A DNA stretch of 21,182 nucleotides from a virus (lineage: Duplodnaviria; Heunggongvirae; Uroviricota; Caudoviricetes). The notes beneath the pieces are model-generated. The model worked only from the letters and a program-made list of their open reading frames with translations, did not search any database and was not told the DNA's origin. Positions 1 through 10,330 of this stretch are shown here, in pieces. Numbering within the stretch: position 1 is the stretch's first letter; each line of letters begins with the position of its first letter. The stretch lies in IMG/VR virus record IMGVR_UViG_2734482544_000002; one strand, 5' to 3'. Both the position numbers and the translations under genes were made by a program.

Positions 1-3000
1 CGTCATACGCTATACCGTTAAAAATAATGGGCGGAATAATAATCTGGCGGTCAAAGTTATGATCATCGCTGATGGTGACTGTAACCGTACCGTCTGGTGT
101 TTCCGTGTTACCCCACGTACCGACTTTTTTCGGGAAGGCTTTTGATACAGCTTTAACGAAATCCCCTCTGACCTGGGTCGCCTCCAGCATGCCCTTAATC
201 GTACAGTTCTGGTTAATCGTGACATTGTTGAGCGTTCCTGAGTTCGCATTCACACTACCACTGATATCCGCATTTTTAGCGGTCAGCTTTCCGTCTGATG
301 TCAGGGAAAATACCGGAGGACTGCCACCGCTGGTAATGGCGGGGGCTGTCAGGCGCTTCAGGAACACGTCGTTCATGAATATCTGGTTGCCCTGCGCCAC
401 AAACATCGGCGTTTCATTCCCGTTTGCCGGGTCAATAAACGCGATACGATTGGCGGCAACCAGAAACTGGCTCAGCTTGCCTTCCTCCGTGTCCTCCATG
501 CTGAGGCCAATACCCGCGACATAATGTTTGCCGTCTTTGGTCTGCTCAATTTTGACGCCCCACATCGCATTCCATTTATCGTTAGCGTCCTTCCACTCTT
601 TCGAAAACTCATCCAGTCTGCTGGCGTTATCCTCCGTCAGATCAACTTTTTCCAGCAGCTCTTTACCGAGATGGGATTCGGTTATCTTGCCTTTGAAAAA
701 ATCCAGGTAACCTTCCGCATCATCGCTCGCCCGACCGACGGCCTCCACGAATGCCGATTTGCCAACGGTGTTCACACTGCGGATATAAAAGTAATAATCA
801 TGGCCCGGTTTGATATTGATACTGGCGGCTATCCAGTACAGCCCCGCGCCAAGGTAGCGGGCTGTGGTTTCAACCTGCCTGATATCGGTAATCCGCGTTT
901 CCGAGAACCAGAACTCAAACTGTACCGTCGGATCATAAACCGCAAGATGCGGCGTGGCAGTTATCTGAAAATAGCCCGGCGTCAGCTCAATCCGCGACGG
1001 TGCTACCGGTGCGGCAATCCTGAACGATACCGACGCCGGATCGCCCTGCTGTCCCCAGGCATTTACCGCCCGGACTGTCAGCGTGTACCGTCCCAGCGCC
1101 AGTTGCGTGAAGCGGTATGTGGTTTCCGTCGTCCGGGCCGTGCTGACCAGCCGCTCACTGCCGTCATCCGCTGCCACGGTCAGGCGAAGCATAAAGCTCA
1201 CCCCCTTCACCACCTTCGGCGTGTCCCAGCGCGCCAGCACCTGATATTCCCCGCTGTCTGCGGTGACTTCGGCAGTCAGGTGCTGCACCGCTGGCGGCGT
1301 GACACCATTCACCGTGCCGCTCTGGTCGCCGTCAAAGTGCGCCCCGTTATCCACGATGGCTTCTTTTTCCGGTACATGCTGCACGGCAGTGATGGCATAC
1401 GTGCCGTCATCGTTCTCACGGATACTCACACAGCGGAACAGGCGCTGGCGCAACGTCGGCAGCTTCAGCCCCCACACGCTGTATTCAGCAACGCCGTCAG
1501 GAACACGGCTCACTTTCACCTTCACGCCGTCGGTGACGGACTGAACCTCCACGCTGACCGGATTGCCACTTCCGTCAACCAGGCTTATCAGCATGGTACC
1601 GGAGGATGGCAGCGTGATTTCACGGTCGAGCGTCAGCGTCCGGGTCTGGCTGTTTACCGCCAGCACGCGCCCGCCGATGCTGATACCCGCATAGTCATCA
1701 TCACAGATTTCAATGACATCGCCCGGCACATGGCGAAGCCCTTCTGCGCCCACGCTGAAGTCCACGGTCTGCGTTTCCAGCAGTTCTGTTTTAATCAGCC
1801 ACAGCCCGGCGCGGTGTGCCTGCCCCCGNNNNNNNNNNNNNNNNNNNNNNNNNNNNNNNNNNNNNNNNNNNNNNNNNNNNNNNNNNNNNNNNNNNNNNNN
1901 NNNNNNNNNNNNNNNNNNNNNNNNNNNNNNNNNNNNNNNNNNNNNNNNNNNNNNNNNNNNNNNNNNNNNNNNNNNNNNNNNNNNNNNNNNNNNNNNNNNN
2001 NNNNNNNNNNNNNNNNNNNNNNNNNNNNNNNNNNNNNNNNNNNNNNNNNNNNNNNNNNNNNNNNNNNNNNNNNNNNNNNNNNNNNNNNNNNNNNNNNNNN
2101 NNNNNNNNNNNNNACAGCGCATCGCCGAGCAGAAATCACTGAGCACATCCCACGCCTTGCGCTGTGTGGTCAGGTACGCATTACAGGTGATGCGCGGCTC
2201 CGTGCCGCCAAAGCCGTCCGGCACTGACTGGTCGCAGTACTGGCCGATGACATACAGCGCCCATTTGTCCACATCCGCCGCACCAAGACGTTTCCCCATG
2301 CCGTAGCGCGGGTGGGTCAGCATATCCCACAGACACCAGGCCATGTTGTTGCTGTATGCTGGTTTTAACGTTCCGTCCCAGATACCGCTGTATTGTCGCG
2401 TCTGCGGGTTATAGTTCGACGGCACCTGCAGAATGCGCCCGCGAAGATGATAATTACGACTCACCTGCTGGCTGCCGAACTGCTCCGAGTCCACCTGTAC
2501 GCCGACCAGTGCAGTGTTCGGGTAGCACTGTTTCACATCGATGATTTCGGTGTATGACGACCAGAGCGTTTTGTTCTGCAGCTGGTCTGTGGTGCTGTCC
2601 GGTGTCATCCTGCGNNNNNNNNNNNNNNNNNNNNNNNNNNNNNNNNNNNNNNNNNNNNNNNNNNNNNNNNNNNNNNNNNNNNNNNNNNNNNNNNNNNNNN
2701 NNNNNNNNNNNNNNNNNNNNNNNNNNNNNNNNNNNNNNNNNNNNNNNNNNNNNNNNNNNNNNNNNNNNNNNNNNNNNNNNNNNNNNNNNNNNNNNNNNNN
2801 NNNNNNNNNNNNNNNNNNNNNNNNNNNNNNNNNNNNNNNNNNNNNNNNNNNNNNNNNNNNNNNNACCGTCAGGAACACGGCTCACTTTTACCTTCACGCC
2901 GTCGGTGACGGACTGGACCTCCACGCTGACCGGATTCCCCTGCCCGTCAACCAGGCTTATCAGCGTGGTGCCGGAGGATGGCAGCGTGATTTCACGGTCG

Positions 3001-4520
3001 AGCGTCAGCGTCCGGGTCTGGCTGTTCACCGCCAGCACGCGCCCGCCGGTGCGGATACCGGCATAGTCATCATCGCAGATTTCAATGACATCGCCCGGTA
3101 CATGACGAAGCCCTTCAGCACCCACGCTGAAATCCACGGTCTGCGTCTCCAGCAGTTCCGTTTTAATCAGCCACAGCCCGGCGCGGTGTGCCTGCCCCCG
3201 GCTGGTACAGCCAAAGGCATCCATCTTCGTGACGTTACGACCGTAACGGACAATGGCCTGCGTATCCTCCACAAGCTCTGTCGCCGTCTCCCAGCCGTTA
3301 TCCGGGTCAATCCAGTTCACCTCAACGGCATTATGGCGGTCTTTCAGGGCGCTGAAACTGTAGCGGAACGGCGCGCCATCATCCGGCATCACCACATTAC
3401 TGCGGTTATAGGCCCACACCTTATCCGACTGTCGGTCCTGCACGAACGTCAGCGTCTGCCCGTTCCATACCGGCATACAGCGCATCGCCGAGCAGAAATC
3501 ACTGAGCACATCCCACGCCTTGCGCTGTGTGGTCAGCCAGGCATTACAGGTGATGCGCGGCTCCGTGCTGCCAAAGCCGTCCGGCACCGACTGGTCACAG
3601 TACTGGCCGATGACATACAGCGCCCATTTATCCACATCTGCCGCACCAAGACGTTTCCCCATGCCATAGCGCGGATGGGTCAGCATATCCCACAGACACC
3701 AGGCCATGTTGTTGCTGTATGCCGGTTTTAACGTTCCGTCCCAGATACCGCTGTATTGCCGCGTCTGCGGATTATAGTTCGACGGCACCTGCAGAATGCG
3801 CCCGCGAAGATGATAATTACGGCTCACCTGCTGGCTGCCGAACTGCTCCGAATCCACCTGTACGCCGACCAGTGCCGTGTTCGGGTAGCACTGTTTCACA
3901 TCGATGATTTCGGTGTATGACGACCAGAGCGTTTTGTTCTGCAGCTGGTCTGTGGTGCTGTCCGGCGTCATTCTGCGCATCCGGATATTAAACGGGCGCG
4001 GCGGCAGGTTATCCACCACCACCGAGGCCAGATACTGCGAGGTGGTTTTGCCCTTAATGGTGATGTCTTTTTCCGTCACCCAGCCACCGTTACGCTGTAT
4101 CTGAACCAGCAGGCGGACTTCCGACGGATTCCTGTCTCCCTTTGAGGTGGTTTCCACCAGTGCCTGTACACCGAAGGTAAAGCGCAGACGGTCGATGTTT
4201 GCCGACGTGATGGTCCGGGTGATCGGCGTGTCATATTTCACTTCCGTACCCAGCACCGTCTCGGAGCCGGAGGATTCAAATCCCTCCGGCGGTGACTGCT
4301 CCTGCTCACCTGCCCGGAACACCACCGTGACGCCGGAGATGTTGGTATTCCCCTCACTGTCCAGCACCGGCGTACTGTTCAGCAGCACGCTTTTTAATCC
4401 ATCCACCGGACCTTCAACCGGCCCTTCGCTGATGGCATCGATCACACTCAGCAGCTGCGTGGACTTCAGGTTGTCCTTCGCTTCGCGCGGGGTATGCCCC
4501 TTACTGCTGCCTTTACCCAT
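1..4520 (-). CDS. J: Tail tip / host-specificity protein J (central tail fibre). Partial: start codon at 4520, 3' end beyond the window start. Interrupted by two N-runs and an apparent diverged duplication.
   Basis: Track ORF 2454..4520(-) begins [44 protein letters not shown]. My own minus-strand translation of 1..1500 reads in one frame without stops (…[61 protein letters not shown]…[21 protein letters not shown]), i.e. the fibronectin-III-rich C-terminal half of a lambda-J-type protein. Gene sits downstream of I, as in lambda. Confidence 0.9.
1494..2614. repeat. Copy A of a ~1.1 kb J-internal segment (contains gap 1829..2113), diverged direct repeat of 2866..3977
   Basis: 1494..1828 aligns with 2866..3200 (offset 1372) and 2114..2614 aligns with 3477..3977 (offset 1363), with scattered substitutions (e.g. 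ctttcaccttcacgcc vs cttttaccttcacgcc; cagcatggtaccgga vs cagcgtggtgccgga). Confidence 0.85.
1829..2113. other. Assembly gap (285 N)
   Basis: Run of n in the sequence; the equivalent interval in the second copy (3201..3476) is 276 bp, so the gap length is an estimate. Confidence 0.99.
2615..2864. other. Assembly gap (250 N)
   Basis: Run of n in the sequence. Confidence 0.99.
2866..3977. repeat. Copy B of the J-internal segment, contiguous with the J N-terminal region
   Basis: See copy A; copy B is uninterrupted and in frame with the J start at 4520. Confidence 0.85.
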
Positions 4521-4580
4521 TCGTCATGCTCCATAAACGATAAAACCGCCCGGAGGCGATTTCACATAAAACATTTTGCA

Positions 4581-5252
4581 TCAGCGACCAATCACCACAA
4601 CCTGACCACCGTCCCCTTCGTCTGCCGTGCTGATCTCCTGAGATACCACACGTGACCCCACGCGCATTTCACCATACAGAACAGGCATAACATTGCCCTG
4701 GGCAACCATGTTATCCAGTGAGGAGAAATAGGTGTTCTGCTTACCGTTATCCGTTGTCTGTGTGCGGGGAGTTCTGGCTTTCGGTGCCAGCATCTGAGCC
4801 ACACCGCCGAGCACCATACTGGCACCGAGAGAAAACAGAATGCCGGTCATACCACCGGCACCAATGGCAGCCCCCCATGCTGCAAGGGTGGCTCCGGCGG
4901 TAAAGAATGATCCGGCAATGGCGGCTGCTCCCAGGACAATCTGGAATACACCACCTGACTTGGCCCCGGCGACTCTGGGAACAATATGAATCACAGCGCC
5001 GTCAGGCAGAGCCTCATGTAACTGTGCCGTTAATCCGGACGTGCTAACATCCTGCCCGGCAATACGCACCTGATACCAGCCGTCGCTCAGCTTCTGACGA
5101 AACGCAGGGAGCTGTGTGGCCATCGCCCGGATGGCTTCGGCACCCGTTTTCACACGAAGGTCGATGCGGCGGCCAAATCGTTGCAAATCCCCGTAAAGGC
5201 AGATGCGTGCCATGCCCGGTGACGCCAGAGGGAGTGTGTGCGTCGCTGCCAT
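4581..5252 (-). CDS. I: Tail assembly protein I
   Basis: 223-aa ORF, the same length as lambda gpI; overlaps the K 3' end by 103 nt as in lambda; glycine/alanine-rich C-terminal hydrophobic stretch; position between K and J. Confidence 0.88.
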   Translation of the reverse strand: MAATHTLPLASPGMARICLYGDLQRFGRRIDLRVKTGAEAIRAMATQLPAFRQKLSDGWYQVRIAGQDVSTSGLTAQLHEALPDGAVIHIVPRVAGAKSGGVFQIVLGAAAIAGSFFTAGATLAAWGAAIGAGGMTGILFSLGASMVLGGVAQMLAPKARTPRTQTTDNGKQNTYFSSLDNMVAQGNVMPVLYGEMRVGSRVVSQEISTADEGDGGQVVVIGR

Positions 5253-5893
5253 TTGTCGGTATACCTCTCTCGTTTGCTCAGTTGTTCAGGAATATGGTGC
5301 AGCAGCTCGCCGTCACCACAGTAAATGGCGGCATGATTCGGCACCGATGAACCAAAACAGCACAGCAGCACATCGCCCGGCTGCGCCGCTGACAACGGCA
5401 CCTGATACAGCCCTGTGGCCTCCAGATTATCCAGATAGAGATTCTGACCGTGACGCCACCAGTCATCCTCACGATGAAAATCCGGCATCTCAATCCCCGC
5501 CAGATGGTAAGCATCCCGGAACAGCGTGTAACAGTCCGTCACCCCGTGCTCAAAGCGCCGCCCGGTAAGATGTGGCACACAGCGGAACTTGTGAATCGCC
5601 CCCCGGCAGACCAGCCACCACGGCAAATCACTCTGCACCTGCAGCCGCCGGTCGGCCTCACTCAGCCAGGGCAGACCACCGGGGTGGCTGTGGACCAGTG
5701 CCACAATCTCACCCTGCATCTCTGCCTGCAGCCAGTCTTCCGGCGACATACGGAAATACGCCTCCGGCTCACCGGAGATATTCACGCAGGGGAAATATCT
5801 TTCCCCCTCCGGCGTTCTTACCACGAAGCCGCACGACTCCGCTGGAGCACATCGCCGGGCGTGCGCCAGAATCGCTGATTCTGTCTCTGTCAT
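5150..5893 (-). CDS. K: Tail tip assembly protein K (MPN/JAMM plus NlpC/P60 domains). Long form 247 aa; the lambda-annotated 199-aa form would start at 5746.
   Basis: JAMM-like HSHPGGLPWLSEAD (HxHx7SxxD) and downstream Cys/His (GVTDCYTL…NHAAIY) typical of NlpC/P60. Start at 5893 is 6 nt after the L stop; the internal Met (…YFRMSPEDW…) gives the 199-aa form. Confidence 0.85.
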   Translation of the reverse strand: MTETESAILAHARRCAPAESCGFVVRTPEGERYFPCVNISGEPEAYFRMSPEDWLQAEMQGEIVALVHSHPGGLPWLSEADRRLQVQSDLPWWLVCRGAIHKFRCVPHLTGRRFEHGVTDCYTLFRDAYHLAGIEMPDFHREDDWWRHGQNLYLDNLEATGLYQVPLSAAQPGDVLLCCFGSSVPNHAAIYCGDGELLHHIPEQLSKRERYTDKWQRRTHSLWRHRAWHASAFTGICNDLAAASTFV

Positions 5894-5898
5894 GGGAT

Positions 5899-6597
5899 TT
5901 ACTGCGAAAGTTTGTTAATGGAAAGGAAGCCGCCAAAGTTGCCGACGTTATTGCGAAACTTACAGCCACTCAGGCATTTGCTGCATTTATCCTTCGTGAT
6001 GTCGGACGTTGGCTGGTCATATTCATCCGCGACCGCCGGACCGTGATAACCGCACTCATCGCCGCGATAGGTCCAGGTGCAGGTGTTGGCCAGCATGATA
6101 CGTCCCGGAAAAACAGCGCCATCTGTTTCCGTCGGCGTGGACAGTACAAAAGAGGCACTCACCGCGCTCAGTTCGCTGCACTGCTCAATGCGCCAGCGGC
6201 TGATCACCTCCTGCTCCGGATCGGCGTCACTGTTTCCGTTGACGAAGTTCACCGCATCCAGAAAACGGGCGTAAACCTTACGCCGGACCACCGTTCCGCC
6301 GACCAGACTCTGTAGATCTTCCGCCATCCCGGTGACCATACCGTACAGGTTAGAAACCATCAGCGTGGGGCGCGTACTGGTGCCTTTGCCATTCAGTTCA
6401 AAACCACTCCCCTGAATGGGATACGGCTGATACTGTCGCCCCTGCCAGGTGACCGGCTCACCTTTTTCGTTCTGCTCATTACAGAAAAAATAACGTTCTC
6501 CACCGACCTCTGTCAGATCGATTTCCCAGAGCACCACGCTGGCCGACTGCTCCGCACGGGTGCATTCATTCAGTGTTTCCTGCCGGATATCCTGCAT
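5899..6597 (-). CDS. L: Tail tip assembly protein L
   Basis: 232-aa ORF, the same length as lambda gpL; start codon overlaps the M stop by 1 nt; cysteine-rich C-terminus (CSKCLSGCKFRNN) consistent with the Fe-S cluster motif of gpL. Confidence 0.88.
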   Translation of the reverse strand: MQDIRQETLNECTRAEQSASVVLWEIDLTEVGGERYFFCNEQNEKGEPVTWQGRQYQPYPIQGSGFELNGKGTSTRPTLMVSNLYGMVTGMAEDLQSLVGGTVVRRKVYARFLDAVNFVNGNSDADPEQEVISRWRIEQCSELSAVSASFVLSTPTETDGAVFPGRIMLANTCTWTYRGDECGYHGPAVADEYDQPTSDITKDKCSKCLSGCKFRNNVGNFGGFLSINKLSQ

Positions 6598-6926
6598 CAG
6601 TTCACCACCTGTTCAAACTCTGCGCTGAACTCAACACGCAGCATACTGACCCGCGACGACCATTTTGCGCAGGTCACCTTTATCTGCCGCCACTCATAAG
6701 GCGGCGTCCACAGAAAGGCTTTCCAGCCCCCGTGCTCTTCCAGAAACGACTCCAGTACCATGGCCTCCTCACGGGGGACAGAAAGCGTCACGCTGTACGT
6801 TTTCAGGTTGGCATTCAGCCCGGCAGGCGCTCGCTGGGAATAGCCATCACCAAAGCGCACCTTTCTTACAGAAGGGGCCGAAGCCACATCCATACCGGGT
6901 TTCACTTTCCAGCGGAAGGTTTTCAT
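6597..6926 (-). CDS. M: Tail tip assembly protein M
   Basis: 109-aa ORF, the same length as lambda gpM; ATGA overlap with the H stop; position between H and L. Confidence 0.88.
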   Translation of the reverse strand: MKTFRWKVKPGMDVASAPSVRKVRFGDGYSQRAPAGLNANLKTYSVTLSVPREEAMVLESFLEEHGGWKAFLWTPPYEWRQIKVTCAKWSSRVSMLRVEFSAEFEQVVN

Positions 6927-9484
6927 CGTCCACCTCCGGAGAACAGGCCACCATCACGCATCTGTGTCTGAATTTCATCACGGGCACCCTTGCGGGCCAT
7001 GTCATACACGGCCTTCATCATCTGTGGACCTGGCAGACCATTCGTACCGTCGTTCTGAATCACCACGTGATTGTTCTGATTAAAATTAATGCCTTCAGCC
7101 CGCCGCATCTGCGCCGGACTTCCGGCACCGCCCACATAACCACCTTCCGCATAGCCGCGCATCAGCCGGTAGAGATTCCCCACGCCAATCCGGCTGGTTG
7201 CCTCCTTCGTGAAGACAAATTCACCACGGTGAACAATCCCCGCTGGCTCATATTTGCCGCCGGTTCCCGTAAATCCCCCGGTTGCAAAATGGAATTTCAC
7301 CGCAGCGGCCTGAATGGCTGTACCACCTGACGCGGATGCGCCGCCACCAACAGCCCCGCCAATGGCGCTGCCGATACTCCCGACAATCCCCACCATTGCC
7401 TGCTTAAGCAGAATTTCTGTCATCATGGACAGCACGGAGCGGGTGAAGCTGCGCCAGTTCTGTTCACTGCCGGTCAGCATCGCCGCCATATTCTGTGCAA
7501 TACCATCAAAGGTCTGCGTGGCTGCACTTTTAACCTGTGACATACTGTCCGTGGCGCTCTCTTCCCACTCACTCCAGCCGGACTTCAGGCCTGCCATCCA
7601 GCTCCCGCGAAGCTGGTCTTCAGCCGCCCAGGTCTTTTTCTGCTCTGACATGACGTTATTCAGCGCCAGAGGATTATCGCCATACTGTTCCTTCAGGCGC
7701 TGTTCCGTGGCTTCCCGCGCTGCCTGCCGGTCAGTCAGCCCCCGGTTTTTCGCATCAATGGCTGCCCGTTTTGCCCGTTGCTGCTGTGCGAATTTATCCG
7801 CCTGCTGCGCCAGCGCATTCAGGTGCTCCTGATACGTAACCTTGTCACCAAGTGCAGCCAGCTGGCGTTTGTACTCCAGCGTCTCGTCTTTATGCGCCAG
7901 CAGGGATTTCTCCTGTGCGGACAGCTGGCGACGTTGTGCCGCCTCCTCCAGTACCGCGAACTGACTTTCTGCCTTCCACAAATCCCGGCGCTGCTGGCTG
8001 ATTTTCTCATTCGCTCCGGCATGCTTCTCCAGCGTCCGGAGTTCTGCCTGAAGCGTCAGCAGGGCCGCATGAGCACTGTCTTCCTGACGATCGCCCGCAT
8101 ACACCTTCACGCCGGACTGTTTCGGCTTTTTCAGCGTCGCTTCATAATCCTTTTTCGCCGCCGCCATCAGCGTGTTGTAATCTGCCTGCAGGATTTTTCC
8201 GTCTTTCAGTGCCTTGTTCAGTTCTTCCTGACGGGCGGTATATTTCTCCAGCGGCGTCTGCAGCCGTTCGTAAGCCTTCTGCGCCTCTTCGGTATATTTC
8301 AGCCGTGACGCTTCGGTATCGCTCTGCTGCTGCGCATTTTTGTCCTGTTGACGCTGTTGATCTACCCTCTTTTGGGCTGCATCCCGCTCCAGGCGTTTTT
8401 TTTCACGATCATCCCAGTAACGCGCCCGTGCTTCATCGTTAACGAAATAATCATCCTTGCGCAGATTCCAGATGTCGTCTGCTTTCTTAAACGCAGCCTC
8501 TGCCTTAATCAGCATCTCCTGCGCGGTATCAGGACGACCAATATCCAGCACCGCATCCCACATGGATTTGAATGCACGTGCAGTCCTGTCTGCCCAGGTC
8601 TCCAGCGTGCCCATGTTCTCTTTCAGGCGGCGGGTCTGGTCATCAAACCCTTTCGTTGCGGCCTCGTTCGCCGCCTGCAATGCCCCGGCTTCATCGCCGG
8701 AACGCTGCAACTGAGCAACATACGCAATCTGCTCCGCCGTCACGTTATGGAACTGGCGTGCCATCGCCGTCAGCCCCGACGTCGGGTCTGTGGTCAGCTT
8801 CCCGAAGGCTTCAGCGACCTTGTCCACCTCCACGCCGGATGCATAGGAGAAACGCGCCACACTCTGGCTGATGGACGCAATCTGAGCCTCACCGCTTACC
8901 CCCGCCTTAACCAGTGCGCTGAGTGACTCGCTGGTCTGGTTAAACGTCAGCCCTGCCGCCTGCCCGGCTCTGGACAGGACCAGCATACGATCTGCCGTCA
9001 GTCCCGCCTGATTACCGGAAAGGACCAGCGTTTTGTTGAAATCGGACAGGGTTGAGTTGCCCTGATACCAGGCATACGCCAGCGCACCGGTCGCCACCGC
9101 CAGCGAGGTGGCCCCCACCATCGGCAGGGTGATCGCGCCGGCAAGCCCCCTGAACATGGGGATCATCCCGCCGAAGGAGTCCTTAACCTGACCACCCTGT
9201 TGCAGCAGGATCAGCCAGGGATTCTGCCCCCCTGCAAGCTGCGTGGCCACGTCGGTGAACTGTGCAGGCAGCATACGCATGGCGGCTTTATACTGCCCGA
9301 CGGAAATCCCCGCTTTCTGTGCAGCCAGCGCCTGTCGGCTCAGCGACTGTTCAACGACTGCCGCTGTTTTTTTCGCATCACTTTCCGTACCGGAAAAATG
9401 ACGCCTGACTCTGGCCATCTGCTCGTCAAATCTGGCCGCATCCAGACTCAAATCAACGACCAGATCGCCTACCGGTTCAGCCAT
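6923..9484 (-). CDS. H: Tail tape measure protein H
   Basis: 853-aa ORF, the same length as lambda gpH; long Ala/Gln/Glu/Lys-rich coiled-coil-like central region; glycine-rich hydrophobic segment near the C-terminus; position after G/T. Confidence 0.92.
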   Translation of the reverse strand: MAEPVGDLVVDLSLDAARFDEQMARVRRHFSGTESDAKKTAAVVEQSLSRQALAAQKAGISVGQYKAAMRMLPAQFTDVATQLAGGQNPWLILLQQGGQVKDSFGGMIPMFRGLAGAITLPMVGATSLAVATGALAYAWYQGNSTLSDFNKTLVLSGNQAGLTADRMLVLSRAGQAAGLTFNQTSESLSALVKAGVSGEAQIASISQSVARFSYASGVEVDKVAEAFGKLTTDPTSGLTAMARQFHNVTAEQIAYVAQLQRSGDEAGALQAANEAATKGFDDQTRRLKENMGTLETWADRTARAFKSMWDAVLDIGRPDTAQEMLIKAEAAFKKADDIWNLRKDDYFVNDEARARYWDDREKKRLERDAAQKRVDQQRQQDKNAQQQSDTEASRLKYTEEAQKAYERLQTPLEKYTARQEELNKALKDGKILQADYNTLMAAAKKDYEATLKKPKQSGVKVYAGDRQEDSAHAALLTLQAELRTLEKHAGANEKISQQRRDLWKAESQFAVLEEAAQRRQLSAQEKSLLAHKDETLEYKRQLAALGDKVTYQEHLNALAQQADKFAQQQRAKRAAIDAKNRGLTDRQAAREATEQRLKEQYGDNPLALNNVMSEQKKTWAAEDQLRGSWMAGLKSGWSEWEESATDSMSQVKSAATQTFDGIAQNMAAMLTGSEQNWRSFTRSVLSMMTEILLKQAMVGIVGSIGSAIGGAVGGGASASGGTAIQAAAVKFHFATGGFTGTGGKYEPAGIVHRGEFVFTKEATSRIGVGNLYRLMRGYAEGGYVGGAGSPAQMRRAEGINFNQNNHVVIQNDGTNGLPGPQMMKAVYDMARKGARDEIQTQMRDGGLFSGGGR

Positions 9485-9911
9485 ACCGGACTCCTCCTGC
9501 GATCCCTTCTGATACTGTCATCAGCATTACGTCATCCTCCGTCATGTCCGCCACATCCGGGGAAGCGGGGATAACTTCATTCCCGTCCGGGCCAAAGCGG
9601 ACACCTCCGGCAAGCCCTGCCGCTTTCTGCATCAGCACATCATCTTCAGGCTCTTCGTCAGCCTCGCGCCGGTTCAGCAGACTGAAATCCAGCGGATGCA
9701 TCTCCGGATCGCTGAAAAACAGGCTGAGCACGGTGTACGTCAGCCCGGAAAAGTGCATATCCAGCAGAACATCATGAAAATAATGGGTACTGTAAAAGCG
9801 GTGCCAGTCGGCATACTCCGTGGATGACATCCCGGCAAGCATGGCGCGCCAGTCGGGTCGCCCCATCTCACGCGCCAGTTTCAGGGCAAAACTCAGCTCA
9901 CCGTCGAACAC
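9477..9911 (-). CDS. T: T reading frame, expressed only as the G-T fusion by -1 programmed frameshift (tail assembly chaperone)
   Basis: 144-aa ORF overlapping the G 3' end in the -1 frame; slippery GGGAAAG lies at the G/T overlap; overlaps the H start by 8 nt. Confidence 0.85.
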   Translation of the reverse strand: MFDGELSFALKLAREMGRPDWRAMLAGMSSTEYADWHRFYSTHYFHDVLLDMHFSGLTYTVLSLFFSDPEMHPLDFSLLNRREADEEPEDDVLMQKAAGLAGGVRFGPDGNEVIPASPDVADMTEDDVMLMTVSEGIAGGVRYG

Positions 9912-10315
9912 TTTCCCGCAGAAACAGGCTCTGCAGGCCCGGCGTCCTCTGCCTGTTCAGGAGCATCATTCACCACAAACTCATACATACCGGACAGCCG
10001 GTACACCACGTTTTCAGCATGAGAAATTGCCTCTGTGGGCCAGGTGGTAAGCACTTCCTGCTCAATCTGTTTAACGGCTTCATTCATGGACGGCATCTGC
10101 GTCTTCTTCGGATGGTTATGCCACAGGGACATCGCAACCACAAAAGCGCCGGTTCTGATGGCGTCTTCCACAGTAAACTTCCGGTTGCTGTCTGACTCCG
10201 CCTGTTCTGCCTGCCGTTTCATCAGGTCGAGATGCTCAATACGCTGCAGGGCTGACAGTTCAGAAAGCGTGACGGTCACACCGTTATGTTCAAATGATTC
10301 GGTTTTCAGGAACAT
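9893..10315 (-). CDS. G: Tail assembly chaperone G
   Basis: 140-aa ORF, the same length as lambda gpG; C-terminus …SAGKCSTVS* encoded across the GGGAAAG heptamer. Confidence 0.88.
   Translation of the reverse strand: MFLKTESFEHNGVTVTLSELSALQRIEHLDLMKRQAEQAESDSNRKFTVEDAIRTGAFVVAMSLWHNHPKKTQMPSMNEAVKQIEQEVLTTWPTEAISHAENVVYRLSGMYEFVVNDAPEQAEDAGPAEPVSAGKCSTVS
9911..9917 (-). promoter_or_regulatory. Programmed -1 ribosomal frameshift slippery heptamer (G GGA AAG) for G-T
   Basis: Plus strand ctttccc at 9911..9917 is GGGAAAG on the minus strand, 18 nt before the G stop; the -1 frame continues into the T ORF. Confidence 0.8.
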
Positions 10316-10330
10316 CGCTGACTCTCCGGA

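Noticed and set aside
524-2227. Long plus-strand ORF (567 aa) antisense to J
   Set aside because: The minus strand here translates cleanly as J protein; the antisense ORF is Arg/Pro/His-rich with no domain-like features and partly spans an N-gap (X residues).
2541-3731. Long plus-strand ORF (396 aa) antisense to the J N-terminal region
   Set aside because: Same reasoning: antisense to a well-supported CDS, low-complexity Arg-rich translation, includes an N-gap.
7314-8926. Several plus-strand ORFs (172, 176, 192 aa and others) inside the tape measure gene H
   Set aside because: Antisense to the well-supported 853-aa H ORF; their compositions (Cys/Arg/Leu-rich) are typical of out-of-frame reads.
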